The notes below the pieces were generated by a model that saw only the letters and a list, made by a program, of their open reading frames with translations, ran no database searches and was not told the origin of the DNA. Both the position numbers and the translations under genes were made by a program. A stretch of 62,966 bases of DNA, the filler included, from Octopus bimaculoides (taxonomy: Eukaryota): the NCBI RefSeq assembly GCF_001194135.2. It is 8 parts of 7 records of this genome, joined end to end, with 100 filler letters (N's around TTAATTAATTAA, not from the genome) between each part and the next. Parts side by side here need not be neighbours in the genome. Positions count along the whole stretch, not along the records: positions 28,064 to 47,790 come from NC_068989.1; positions 47,891 to 54,047 come from NC_069008.1; 6 more parts are not named here. One strand, written 5' to 3'. This document shows positions 39,095 through 52,527 of this stretch, piece by piece. The first letter of the stretch is position 1; each line of letters starts with the position of its first letter.

Positions 39095-40946
39095 AAGAAG
39101 CGGATAAAGGGAGTGTAGTAGTGGTAGGGGACACATTTTACTACAAAAATCTAGTAGTATCCATACTAAATAATGACGAACACTACGAAAAAAAAAATCA
39201 ATGATTACACCCCACCACAAATAAAGAAAAATACACTTTACACTAATCCAAAACCATGGAAATGAACTAAAAAAAAGAAATAGACTATTTAACAAACTTT
39301 AAATGTAAATCCAACCTATTCTATGGTCTACCGAAAATTCACAAAAGCCAAACTATAAACGAAATTATCAAGGACATACATACATACATACATACATACA
39401 TACATACATACATACATACATACATACATACACCAGCACCAGGAGACCTAAAATTACGGCCCAATATAGCTAGACCATCCTGTGAAACGCATAGATTAAG
39501 TTGACTCGTGGATATCCTCTTGAAACCATTTCCAAAAGGCATCAAAAGAGATGACTTAGATATGTTAAATGACCTTGCAGAACAAGTCAAGGAAGAAACA
39601 ATTATGGTTTCATTTGATGCGATAAACTTATACACCAACATACCCCATACTTATGAAATAGAATCAATCCGGTTCTGACGGGACAAATATTCAGAAGAAA
39701 TACCAAAACGGATTAAGAAAGAATTCATAATCCAATCAATAAAATTCATCCTCCAAAACAACCATTTCATGTTCGACACCACTTTTTATTACCAAAAATT
39801 CGGGATTGCCATGAGAACCAGGGCAGCCCCGACCATTGCCAATTTAACAATGGGCTATTTAGAAATAACAATATATCAGGAGTTATTTTCAAAATTTGGA
39901 AACCCTCTCTCTCAATACATAAAAGAAAATTGGAAATACGTTTTGGACGACTGCTCCATCCTCTGATATGAAAACATAGATAAACTCCTGGAGTTTAAAA
40001 AACTCCTTAATAGCATTAACACCAACATACAATTCAAAATAGAATACAACCAAGAGGAACTCCCATTCGAAGACATACTGGCTAAAAAAATAAACAGAAA
40101 ATAGAAAGGGACATTTTTAACAAAACCACAGACGCTAAACAATATCTATTATTTAGCTCATGTCACACGAGACATATCATAACAAATATCCCCTTCAACC
40201 ATATTTGCACCATAGTGTCCGAAAGAAATACCAGAGATCTAAGATTGGAAGAGCTTAAAAATGTATTCCATGACAGACACTACTCAATTCAACTCATAAA
40301 TGAAGGGATTAAACGTGCAAAATCGATTGACATAAAAACATTAAGAAAAGTCGAACACATTAACATACCTACTCTGAACACACTACGTTATGTTTCCACA
40401 TACAACCCCAGAAACAAAGAAGCGTTTAACATCATTGTCCAAAATTCTCCCAATTAGGACCCCAAGCTGAAGGAAATTCTACGTAACCATAAAATCATTA
40501 AAAACAGTAAGCAACCAAATACATTAAAGAAGATCCTCACAAATGCTAAACTATTCTCAAAAATGTAGGAAGCAAGAGTAAAAAAGTGTGGTCGTCCTAA
40601 CTGCGGATCATGTCCCAATCTTTTGGAAGAATCAGAATTCCATTTTAGACAAGGGAAAAAATTCCCAATTATATCTAACTTCACTCGATCCTCTGAAAAT
40701 TTCATTTATGTAATCACATGCTCGGGCTGCCATAAAAAAAACTATATATGTTCGAGAGAAATGTCGATCAAAGAGAGATATACAATCCACAGACAACAGA
40801 TATGCTCCCCACAATATCGACAAATATATCTCAGTGAACACATTGATGGATGTGCAGAACAACTACAACCACAATTCCTAATGTTCACATTATATCAATT
40901 TGCTGTTTGGACCTCAACGAAAGTACGACTAAATAAAGAAGCCTCA
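39095..40946 (+). mobile_element. Penelope-like element, decayed RT + GIY-YIG endonuclease
   Basis: ADKGSVVV, FYGLPKIHK, VSFDAINLYTNIPH, GIAMRTRAAPTIANL, YVLDDC, EELPFEDI, then NFIYVITCSGCHKKNYI...ERYTIHRQ; many stops/frameshifts. Confidence 0.92.
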
Positions 40947-41105
40947 TTTAAATGTAAACTCAACCTATTCTATGGTCTACCGAAAATTCACAAAGCTAAA
41001 CTATAAACGAAGCCATCAAAAAATCACCAAGGACATACATACACCAGCACCAGGAGACCTAAAATTACGGCCCATTATAGGTGGACCATCCAGTGAAACA
41101 CATAC
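40947..41105 (+). mobile_element. Second partial copy of the same PLE RT segment
   Basis: Repeats 39298-39493. Confidence 0.9.
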
Positions 41106-41426
41106 AAGCCCTTATTGAAAATAAGACTTACCCCATCTGTTGTGAGATATAAGCCAGAATGAAATGCTGAACAATATTGAAAATTACAAATTTACTTCCT
41201 CTTTACTAAAAAATACCTTAGTCACCATTTATTTCCACCAGCAAACAAAGTGTATAATACAGAATTACATAAAAAATTCAAGATTTGAAAACGAAAACGG
41301 TTGTTATCATGGAAGAAAGAATTCTTATTTTGTACAATATTGTATAATTGTTTTGCTATTATGNNNNNNNNNNNNNNNNNNNNNNNNNNNNNNNNNNNNN
41401 NNNNNNNNNNNNNNNNNNNNNNNNNN

Positions 41427-41457
<31 letters not shown>

Positions 41458-44400
41458 CGTGAGACAGTTAGGGGTTGGGGGTTCAACCCACTAAGGGATA
41501 GTATCTATCCAGTATACTGCTGGGAGGGTACCCAATTATTGCTACACTAGGTGCAATCAATGGGAGCGGGTAAAAGCTCGCTACCTCAATAACAATAATA
41601 AATAATAATTTCACCTCGCTTTTGTAAGCTCCTAATGATATAAAATTGTTTATATTTACGACGATTCATAAACTAAATGTATCTTTATATACGTTTATTT
41701 TTTTCTTCTGTGCTTATTATGAATTCATTCACCAAAGCTGTAAAGATAGACACGTGGTCTAAGGCGAGAGATGTTACATTTCTGTATGACAGATTTGTAT
41801 TTTATTTTTCCTGGAGGGTTCCGTAATGAAGGAGGTTATGCATTGTCATACTACTAGAAATGATACTTTATACGAATATTACTAGGAATAGCAACCAGCT
41901 ATGCCTCAGATTAGGTTGTCTGAAAGAAAAAAGACGTACTAAATAATACACCTCCAGGTACATTGTAGCTAAAAATAAGAGGACTCCGACTTCATCAAGG
42001 TAGCAAAAAGTACCAGAGATAGAAGTATAAATATTTGATCTTTTGAACAGCATTTGTGTAAGGCATTTAGAAGGTCAGCCGCACGAAATCCATAAAGAAA
42101 TTCTTCACTTACCGGTATATAACGTCGATTATGATGCATATCAATACAGCAAGGTAATTGCAGCAACACAATGTTATATTATTTAATGTGTCTCGTCACA
42201 TTTCAAATGTAGTGTGTGTGTGTTGCCGGATATTTGGCTGATATATTAAGTAGATCAAGTCTCCTAGTAAAATACCCTACTTTGGTTAAGTTCCCAAGTC
42301 AGAGCAGGATATATATGTTATAATACTTTCATGTAATCAATTTGTGTCACAATATTTGATCATTGCTAGATTATGATACACTGAGATTCCCAGTTTTAAA
42401 ATGTAAACAACAAAGAATAAATGAGCAACCTCAATGATTCGTAGATAGCTAAGCCTAATACAGTTATTTGTGAAACGAGATAACAAAGCTTAATAATGTT
42501 ATTCGCGAACCTTAATATTAGTGGCTTTGATAATTATTTACAGTATTCTAACTCAATTTACTCTCATTTCTGCATACCTCTCTTCTTTGTCTTCAAGACA
42601 CCGATATTTTATGGTGCCTTTCTTTTAGTAGGTTCCACTCTGTTGTAAGCTTAATTGTTAGGTCACCGGTCTGACGATCCTTTTCTCCTTCCCTCCCAAT
42701 AGTCTACAAGCATTGTCATTTCCACCTGATTAAAAGACGAAAGTACAACGCAAAGCTCTCATGAATGATTCAGAACAAAGACTCTGTATTTTAGAGAAGG
42801 AAATAGAAGGCGGAATAATAATAATATTAAAAAAAGAATATACAAACTATTTTTTTTGTAATTCACAAGACCTAGGGTTATTCACTAAATATCTTGAAAC
42901 TGTTGTGACGATGAAGAATATAACAATGAAGATAACGAAGAGAATAATTTATAAATAGTGTTCTTTTATTCTTAAAATGACAAGAGGAAAATCTTGTATA
43001 AACTATCTTTACAAGCTTTAAAAATTGACATCTTCACATTATTTATTACGGAGGCCACACCTTGCCATATATCTATAGATTAAGATAATAATTTATTCAT
43101 CTCTGTCATAACTCTTACTTATTACTAGTCTCTTTATAGTTTAGCTGATATTTTTGATTATATTTCTGAAAATTGACTGTTATTTGTAATAATGGTGATT
43201 ATTGAAGAGCAGTGCTTAAACATCGGATGATTATAACCGTGATGTCGGGTTGTAGCAATATGTTTTCAATTATACTATTATCGGAGCATTGATAAACGAA
43301 AATGAGATCCTTTTCTATTTCCTACTCCAAAGTACGTAGTTTCAGTTCTGAAATCATTCAAGAGTTTCATAAATCATTTGTTTTATAGTCATCAGTAAAG
43401 GGCAGTGGCTACGAGACTGTTGAAAGGAAAAGAGGAATATATCTTCAAAGTGAAGACATATCCAGTATGTTTACTACTGAGTGGACTTTACTAAAGACAT
43501 CCCAGTATCATCTGACGGTGCTAAACTGAGAGACGGATTACTTTTGCAAAATAAGTAGGACGCGTTGAGATCTGAACCCACAATTCAAAAAGTTGGAAGA
43601 ATTACAATGTAATCCGCCTCCGACTCTATAACCTTTTCAACAGTTTCACCTTTTGAATCGGTACTTTATTTATCGAACCCTGTATAATAAAAGAATTCGA
43701 CTTGTTTTAGCAGTGACTAAATTTAGAGTAAAAAAAAAAAAAAATGCAAATCATGTTAAGATTCAGTTGCTTCTCTCAGCTGAAGCACATTCTCTTTCGT
43801 TGCACTTTAGGAAAAGACTGATTGCTGTAACGCCCGAATCTTATTTTTCTTTAAATACAGGCATTTTCATTTTTACTAATTTGTTAGTAAGGGTGACAGA
43901 GGGATAGAGAAAAAGAAACTCTTCGGTCATTACGACAATTATCAGATGAGAAAATGAAGAATCAATTGGATTAGGTGTCCACTTCTAGGTTTAAAAATCC
44001 TTCGTGAAATGATATCGATATTGTACATCTCTTGCACCAGAAAGAAAAGAAAAAACGCGGAGTAATTGACCTGGCTGCGCAGTTATAAATTCTATTACCA
44101 GTTCCTGTTTCGATACTGTACAGCAGCTTGAGAAAGCCTCTGCTGTTATGGTCTCAATTTGACTAATACTCTGTGGATGGAATTTAGTTGACGGTAAACT
44201 GCGGAAGTCAGTCGTGTGGGTAAATTTGTGTGTTTGTATCTGTGTGTGTTTGTGTATATACTTCATCGATGCATATCGTTAAGATACAAACATTGGTGAG
44301 GAAACTGATAAAGCGGTGCTTTCGGACAAAAATGACTTTCGGTATTTTTCGGTCGTTTGCACAGATAAATCCTTGATACTGTTGGCCAGTTGGAGACAGT

Positions 44401-44964
44401 CAACGCCGCTATTGTTTACAGAAGTTCACAAATTTTGGAAACCTTATTTTTCCATAGAAAACAAAATGACTCACAAATGCGATTTAAAAAAGATGTTTAA
44501 AAATATGATATAAAAAATATTTTGAAATGTGACGTCTACGGTAAAGAAAGCGTATTAGCCTGCATCAAACAAGATTATTCAAGTACAAAAAAAATATATA
44601 TACAAATGAAGAAATGTAGTATGTTTTATAGTATACTATAGCATTGTACATTTACTATATGTGTAGGAAGGCAGTTTCGAGATTAATATGTTATTATAAG
44701 TTCCAAGTTGTACAAACAGTCGTTTCGGATCTCCATTATCGTTTAACCTTGTCTTTGTCAAAAAGAAATCAATTCATTTTGACATTCACAGAGGGAAAGA
44801 TTACACTAATATTCATAACATGTATAGATACATGTTTACATAAGATACATAGACCTCTAGTTCATACGCATACATACATACATACATACATACATACATA
44901 CATACATACACACACATACATACATACATGTGTGTATGTGGGTGTGAGTGTCTCTGTGTATGTA

Positions 44965-45036
<72 letters not shown>

Positions 45037-45317
45037 AGTGTGTGTGAGTACAATATTTCTTTAAGAGTTACTAAAACATCTTCAAAAACAAGTTGATGCA
45101 GACCATATGGAAGATATGTAGAAGATCGTTGTGTAAGCGCCTCAGAAATTACCTCTTCATATCTTACATCTATTATGTGTTAATATGTTTAACAAAGATG
45201 TTTTGGGGGACAGTTTTAATATTTAGAGATATTTTTCAAATATTGTGATTGCACAAAAAACTTTCATTAAATTCTTGTCTACATATACCTATATACATAT
45301 ACAAACACATAAGTGCA

Positions 45318-45665
45318 GACATGACTGTGTGGTTAAAAGTTTGCTTCGAAACCATATGGACTTGGGTACAGTCCTACTGCAGCACTATGGGCAAGTGTTT
45401 TATACTGTAGTCCTTGGGTGACCGAAGGCTTGCAAGTGGATTTAGGTAGGAGTGTGTGTCATTGTGTCGGTGTTTGTCCAAGGCCACCGCTTGGCAAAAA
45501 GTGTTGGTTTGTTTACGTCTCCATAACTTAGCGGTTCAGCATAAAGAGAACCGAAGGATAAGTAATAAGTTTAAAAAAATACAAGTATTAGTGTCTATTT
45601 GTTCGACTTAACCTTTCAAGGTGGTGCCCCAACATAGCCTTAGTCCATTCAAATAAGTAAAAGAA
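45318..45665 (+). mobile_element. SINE family B, diverged
   Basis: Head and tail homology to 7758-8175. Confidence 0.8.
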
Positions 45666-46968
45666 AAACAAAGATTATTTCTCTGTGTGTACCTCTGTTC
45701 GTCTATAGATATAATATATATGTACACCTGATACTGGTAACTTTGTAACATAGTACAAACTGAACTTGCTTAGAGCAACTAAACCAGCAATTCCACCCAA
45801 AGAAATGTAAATATTTTATAATGATGCAAGCTTTTCCATTGATTAGCTGTTAGATTTGCAGTTTGAATGCCAGGAATAAATAATATCGCCCAAAGCTGAA
45901 AACAAAGCCTCTGTAAGCTTTGCATTCTTCCTTTCCTTCCTAAATCTATATTACATATTCCTATATCCCATACAATACCAAACATCAGTTTTAGGGTGTA
46001 TCTTACAATTTCATCTAATCCACAAGTCTATGATTCTTAATTGTTCAGTGATACTAGTTATTTCTTTGTATATTGAAGATATTTCATGTACACCTATTTC
46101 CATCTCCAATATCTAGTTAATCGAATTATCAAAAAATGTTCTCCCTAAACGCCTTGTTCATGTTTTTTTTTCAAAAATGTGCCTTTGTTTCTTGGATATT
46201 TATATCAGATGCTATTAGTTTTCCGCACATACTTAATATAGTCATTGTTTTTATTTCTTTACTTCACCTGCAATCTCATTTCTTTCTCTTTAAACTTTTC
46301 TGGTTCCTTTCATCTTTGTACTAAGTAAACTCTATGCTTTATTAATTCAACTACCAAGTATCTACTCATATCTCTTGCTGAACTCCCCTTTTCTTTTCTC
46401 TGTTGTGGCTTAACATGTTGCTATTTCTCTCATTTGAATACCATTCTATTACCAATCCGATTTCCAACAATTAATTTTTTTTGTTCTTTTCGTATCAATA
46501 ACTTCCTTTGTTTCATACGAAATACATTTTCTTCATTTCATTATTCCTCTGCCCCGGATAATAAAAATAGTGAAAAAAGCGAACAAAAACCCTACTTAGG
46601 TTGCACTCTGATATACTTCCTTCACATTATTCCACGTAACATTGATTTCTACATTATCTCCATTTATAGCTTCAGGGAACTACAAATCGATTACGACTTT
46701 CAATTACAAAATCTTTAATTCTAACATCTTTCAACTTTTCTTTATCAAACCTGGTAATCTCTTCTTTCGTTTCTTCAACCTTCAACTTCAACTGAATCGG
46801 CTCTGTCACTAGCTGATGTTCAATTCCAATATTTGCAACTCGGTATGTTTTAGCAACGACTTTTTATTTTGCCGTTTTATCAAAATGTGATCTGTTTGAT
46901 TACATTTTTGATGTCGTATATAATATAATATAACAACATAATACAATATAATCTAGTATGGATGATTT

Positions 46969-47022
<54 letters not shown>

Positions 47023-47189
47023 TCCCACCACCTAAAAGGAAGTAGTCTAATAAATGTGTATTTACATCAATCTCATCCTTTTATTTTAAATTGGTCGGAG
47101 TTTGCGTTAGCAGCAGCAACGACTCACCGGCTGTTGGGCGTGGTTATTGTGACGTATTTTCACGTGATGGTGGTAGAATCTGGTGTTGG

Positions 47190-47436
47190 TGGCCTATGTG
47201 ATGATGTTGCTCATCTCCGACCGTCTATTCCTTTTTATTATAGCTTCCTTGATACAAATATTTCCTGTATTCCATTCCTAGGCACCTATTTCTTTGATGG
47301 TGTTGCCGCATTCGGTTAAGTGTTTGCGGAAACAGGACGCATCGGTAGTGGGGTGTTTCTTCACTCGGGCGTAGAGTGGTCGGACTGTGCTACTGATGTA
47401 ATAGTTGTTGCATTTGGAACACCGAATCTGGTATAC
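47190..47436 (-). mobile_element. GIY-YIG endonuclease fragment (Penelope-like)
   Basis: VYQIRCSKCNNYYISSTVRPLYARVKKH...FRKHLTEC...IKEAII. Confidence 0.8.
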
Positions 47437-47489
47437 TACGTATGTACGTAGGTACATATTAATGTTGCAGATAGGGCAGTTCGCCAGTG

Positions 47490-47780
47490 TGAAACAGTCA
47501 TAGCTCTTCCTTCAGGAGAACCACTCGCAGCATCTAATAATATGAGAAACATAGGAGTAATTGCTGACAACAATCTTAGCTGGAGTGCCCATATCAACGA
47601 TAAAGTCGACATAGCTAGTAGGATGAGCTCCTGGATCCTAAAAGCCTTCCGGTCCAGAGAACAAGGTGTCATCATTCTTCTTTTCTCCTCCTTTGTTCGG
47701 CCACACCTGGAATACTGCTGACCCCTGTGGTCTTCCTATACAAAACAAAACATCTCGAAAATTGAAAACCTGACTTACAA
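47490..47780 (+). mobile_element. CR1/L2-group LINE RT C-terminal fragment
   Basis: IGVIADNNLSWSAHI...WILKAFRSR...LFSSFVRPHLEYC*PLWS. Confidence 0.85.
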
Positions 47781-48185
47781 AGGATTTCACNNNNNNNNNN
47801 NNNNNNNNNNNNNNNNNNNNNNNNNNNNNNNNNNTTAATTAATTAANNNNNNNNNNNNNNNNNNNNNNNNNNNNNNNNNNNNNNNNNNNNATAAATATTT
47901 CTATTGTTATATTTTCATCGACTGCAAACAGTATTTTAAGAAGCTGCAAAAATCATTTAAAATGTTGTCCCAGTTTGGTCGGAATGCAAAATTCTTTCAT
48001 GCATATATTCCGGACAGTAAATCCAAGCACAGATCTATGAAAAGAAGCATATATCAGTTCTGTATAGACAGTTCCCTTATAAAAGGATATCATTTTAACT
48101 TTATGTGAATGTGGAGAAATCTTTTGTAAAGGACATTATTTTAAACGAGTGTAGCAATCGAAAAAGTGCGTCAAACAATAACAAT

Positions 48186-48265
48186 GCGGCGTCAAGATGG
48201 AAGCGAAAGTACTTCCTGCGCATGCGTATATATGAATGCGCGCGTCAATGGTGTTTTGCGGGACC
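48186..48265. promoter_or_regulatory. Candidate promoter-like motif cluster
   Basis: CpG-dense patch with CAAGATGG, ACTTCCTG and TGCGCATGCG adjacent; motif resemblance only. Confidence 0.25.
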
Positions 48266-48824
48266 ATGTTTAGGGAAGCTAACTCTCATTAAATCCCCTT
48301 TCTCTATGTTTCCAATTTTCAATATATCTTTTTTTTTTTACTTCTTTCATTCATTGGAATGCTGCCCATGCTGGGGCACTGCCTCGAAGAATTTTTAGTC
48401 AAATGAATTAACCCAAAGATCTTGTCATTCTGAAACCTGATACTTATTCTATCAGGTTCTTATACATATGGACGCACATACTTACATATAAGCACGAACA
48501 CATAAGTGCGTGCACACATATGAGCGTGCACACATACGAGCTTGCACACACTCACATGCTCATACCAAACAGTTTCGAAACAACGCCAGATCATACATTC
48601 AAAATAAATGGAAGTGGAGAGACAAGTTACTGAAGAGATTGCAAGAGTGCAATGAAATAATTTAACAAAAAACTATATAAATTAATAAAGGACTAAAGGA
48701 CTGAACCAGTGCGTGTGTTTATTACCGGCATAATGCCTCTCCCAAGGTTTAATTGTATTTCTTTCAGCACACGTATCCACATCAAGAATCTTGCACACGA
48801 AATATTCTTATATATACATATACT

Positions 48825-49190
48825 CTTTTACTTGTTTCCACGTGGAGATTGCGACCATGCTGGAGCACTGCCTTCAGTCGAACAAATCGACCCCAGGACT
48901 TATTCTTGGCAAGCGCAGTACTTATTCTATCGATTTCTTATTCTATCGGGGATGTAAGCACACGAACATCGGTTGTCAAGCGATGGTGGCGGTGGTGGGA
49001 TGAGGACAAACATATACATATATATATATACATACAACGGGCTTCTTTCAGTTTCTGTCTACCAAATTCATTCACAAGGTCTTGGTCGGCCTGAGGTTGT
49101 AACAGAAGAAGCCCAAGGTGCCACGCAGTCGGACTGAACCCAGAACCATGTGGGTTGTAAGCAAGCTACTTACAACACAGCCACTCCTGC
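48825..49190 (-). mobile_element. SINE family B, near full length
   Basis: Reverse-complement match to 7758-8175. Confidence 0.9.
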
Positions 49191-49217
49191 ACCTATGTAT
49201 ATTTATGTGTGTATGTA

Positions 49218-49420
49218 CAAAAATAAGAGGGATGACCAGCAAAAGTGGACTCCTATATGCTAGAAATAGATGCCGAATCATCTAACTGTAAAAGGGCCCT
49301 TTTACAGTCTGTTGTGTCGCTGAATTTTTACTGTGAACATATTTTTTCGTGGTTAGATGATTCGGCATCTATTTCTAGCGTATAGGAGTCCACTTTTGCT
49401 GGTCATCCCTCTTATTTTTG
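49218..49420. mobile_element. TA-flanked MITE with ~70-bp TIRs
   Basis: Arms 49216-49286 and ~49352-49422 differ at one position. Confidence 0.9.
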
Positions 49421-50007
49421 TATGTAATATAATTTTAATCTTCGGATTTTTTTTAATATGCTAGACCACTGGTTCAAATTGATTAATATCCATTTCTACC
49501 CTCATAAATAAATTTTTATGTGTGTATGTATATATATATATATATATAGTAGCAACTTCTTTCTTTCGTTGTGTTCCAAGATGCCACGCAGTGGGATTGA
49601 AGTATCTGGCTCTGCTGACATAGATTTCAGGGTCGTTGAGTCAAACAAGCCCCTACATCACAATAAGGACTTGAACTTGCAGTGGAATATCAATATTTGC
49701 GTTGTGCCAAATANNNNNNNNNNNNNNNNNNNNNNNNNNNNNNNNNNNNNNNNNNNNNNNNNNNNNNNNNNNNNNNNNNNNNNNNNNNNNNNNNNNNNNN
49801 NNNNNNNNNNNNNNNNNNNNNNNNNNNNNNNNNNNNNNNNNNNNNNNNNNNNNNNNNNNNNNNNNNNNNNNNNNNNNNNNNNNNNNNNNNNNNNNNNNNN
49901 NNNNNNNNNNNNNNNNNNNNNNNNNNNNNNNNNNNNNNNNNNNNNNNNNNNNNNNNNNNNNNNNNNNNNNNNNNNNNNNNNNNNNNNNNNNNNNNNNNNN
50001 NNNNNNN

Positions 50008-50268
50008 AATTAACGTGCAAGTGGCTGAGCCCTCCACAGACACGTGTACCCTTAACGTAGTTCCCGGGGATATTCAGCGTGACACAGTGTGACAAGGCTG
50101 ACCCTTTGAATTACAGGCACAACAGAAACAGGAAGTAAGAGTGAGAGAAAGTTGTGGTGAAAGAGTACAGCAGGGTTCACCGCCATCCCCTGCCGGAGCC
50201 TCGGGGAGCTTTAGATGTTTTCGCTCAATAAACACTCACAACGCCGGGGCTGGGAATCGAAACCACTG
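50008..50268 (-). mobile_element. SINE family A, 5'-truncated, nested in a family B head
   Basis: Family B head halves at 49571-49600 and 50269-50316 flank it. Confidence 0.85.
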
Positions 50269-50655
50269 GGAACCGTGTGGTTGGGAAGCAAACCTCTTAC
50301 CACACAGCTACGCCCATGGAAAAGTTTTGTCTTACACATATCCATTTTGACTCCCACATGAAACGACATGCAGTCTTCAATAACATTGCGTACACCATTT
50401 ATTTTTTTCGTTGGAAGTTTGCAGTTTATATTTAATTGCTACAAAGAAGCGTATGCTTTGGTGATCCACCTGAACATCGATCGCTGACTCTTTCGGCCGA
50501 TCTGTCTAGGTTAGGCGTCCCTAAACTCACACACTATCAAAGGCGTTACTGTTTCCGCTGACTTGCACACAGTTGAACGCACTCATCCATGTCTAAGAAT
50601 TGGGTTTATTAAAGGTACGATCTGGCTTTTTTGTCATGCTAATATATTTTATTAC

Positions 50656-51665
50656 TGTAAGGACAGAAAATGCGTCGAAGTGGCAATATCGTTAGTGTGG
50701 TGTTATGAGCCAGGCTGTGTTGTAGGGAAGGATCGGAAGTGAGGGAGTAGGCGTGTTATGTCAGAAGTGGGGCCTGTGGGTCCCACCGGAAGTGCCGCGG
50801 TGGGCATGCGGCATCAGGGAAGCGTGAGGAGCCAGTTGGCGGCATACAGCGCATCAAAGCAGGCGTGTGAGAGTGTACAGCGACGGATAGCGCACGTGGA
50901 CGTGGAGTGAACCTTGCAGATCGAGACAGCACGTGGATGTTGAAAGTGACCCTTTTCCCGGTCCGACAGGTAAGACTACCGTAATTCTCTCTTCGCTTCC
51001 ATCTTGTTCTTCANNNNNNNNNNNNNNNNNNNNNNNNNNNNNNNNNNNNNNNNNNNNNNNNNNNNNNNNNNNNNNNNNNNNNNNNNNNNNNNNNNNNNNN
51101 NNNNNNNNNNNNNNNNNNNNNNNNNNNNNNNNNNNNNNNNNNNNNNNNNNNNNNNNNNNNNNNNNNNNNNNNNNNNNNNNNNNNNNNNNNNNNNNNNNNN
51201 NNNNNNNNNNNNNNNNNNNNNNNNNNNNNNNNNNNNNNNNNNNNNNNNNNNNNNNNNNNNNNNNNNNNNNNNNNNNNNNNNNNNNNNNNNNNNNNNNNNN
51301 NNNNNNNNNNNNNNNNNNNNNNNNNNNNNNNNNNNNNNNNNNNNNNNNNNNNNNNNNNNNNNNNNNNNNNNNNNNNNNNNNNNNNNNNNNNNCAAGACTC
51401 CAAGGTATAGATTACCATAGCGAGTGTCATACCGTTGTACCTCGATGGATCGGGGTTGGCGCAATACCTGGAAATGGAAGAGAAGGACCAGTTGAGCGCA
51501 GAAAAAATAGAAGACCGGCTGATGGAGGCTTTCACAGAAGGGCCATTTATGGGGAAAGCGAAGTGGATAGGCGAACAGCTCGATGTGTTTGCCAACGAAA
51601 TCAGGAGATTGGCTAGACTCGTGGGATATAGAGATGACGCATTGGAACAAACCGTTAAATTAGCC
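50656..51665 (+). mobile_element. 5' portion of Gypsy-like LTR retrotransposon (putative LTR + gag fragment)
   Basis: GC-rich block starting TGTAAG, then after gap gag-like PLYLDGSGLAQYLEMEEKDQ...LDVFANEIRRLARLVG. Confidence 0.65.
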
Positions 51666-51924
51666 TTAGTCCGTTATGGACGCCGCGTTTGTCTGTTTGA
51701 GACCTTGTAGTCTGCTTGTATGCGAGGGCTTGCGTGCGTATGTATGCATGTATTCATGAGTCTCTCTGTGTGCATACCTGTGTGCTTGTGTATGTGTGCC
51801 TACTTCTGCTTCCTTGCGTGGGCGTGTTTGACAGTGTCTGTGTGTATATGTACGGGCGTCTTTGTATGTATGCATGCGAATGTGTATGTACGGGATGATT
51901 AGACACAAACGAAGTTATACATGA

Positions 51925-52165
51925 GAGAAACCGTATTGCTGTGATATCTGTGGTATATCATTCTCTCAGTGATTTAGCATGGCTACACACAACCATATTC
52001 ATACAAGAGAAAAGCCTTATCACAGTGATATCTGTGGTAGATCATTCTCTCAAAACCAACATCTAATTGAACACAAACGTATTCACACAGAAGAGAAACC
52101 ACATCTGTAGTAAACCATTCTCTCAGCTCAGCCACTTAACTAGACACAAAGGTATCCATACACAA
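51925..52165 (+). pseudogene. Decayed C2H2 zinc-finger array (3 fingers)
   Basis: [79 protein letters not shown]; one stop, one Cys loss, one frameshift. Confidence 0.9.
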
Positions 52166-52527
52166 GCATTTCACTCTCTACAAAGCATAGACCTTCAACG
52201 AATTTTCTTTACATTTTCCAACTCTGAGCTATCTTCTACCATCCCAGATCTTGCTGGTTTTGAATTTACACCAATGCTTCTAGAAGTTTACTTGTTTCTA
52301 AGTAGGAGTATTGGCTCTACACTCGAACCCATTTTTACCTCTGGGTAGAGGGGATCCATTTAAGTTTCGCCTCTATCCTTTGACATGTTCAGTATCAGAG
52401 GTCTTGGCAGAAGTCTCTGGCTCTGCTGACATAGATTTCAGGGTCGTTGAGTCAAACAAGCCCCTACATCACAATAAGGACTTGAACTTGCAGTGGAATA
52501 TCAATATTTGCGTTGTGCCAAATACAT

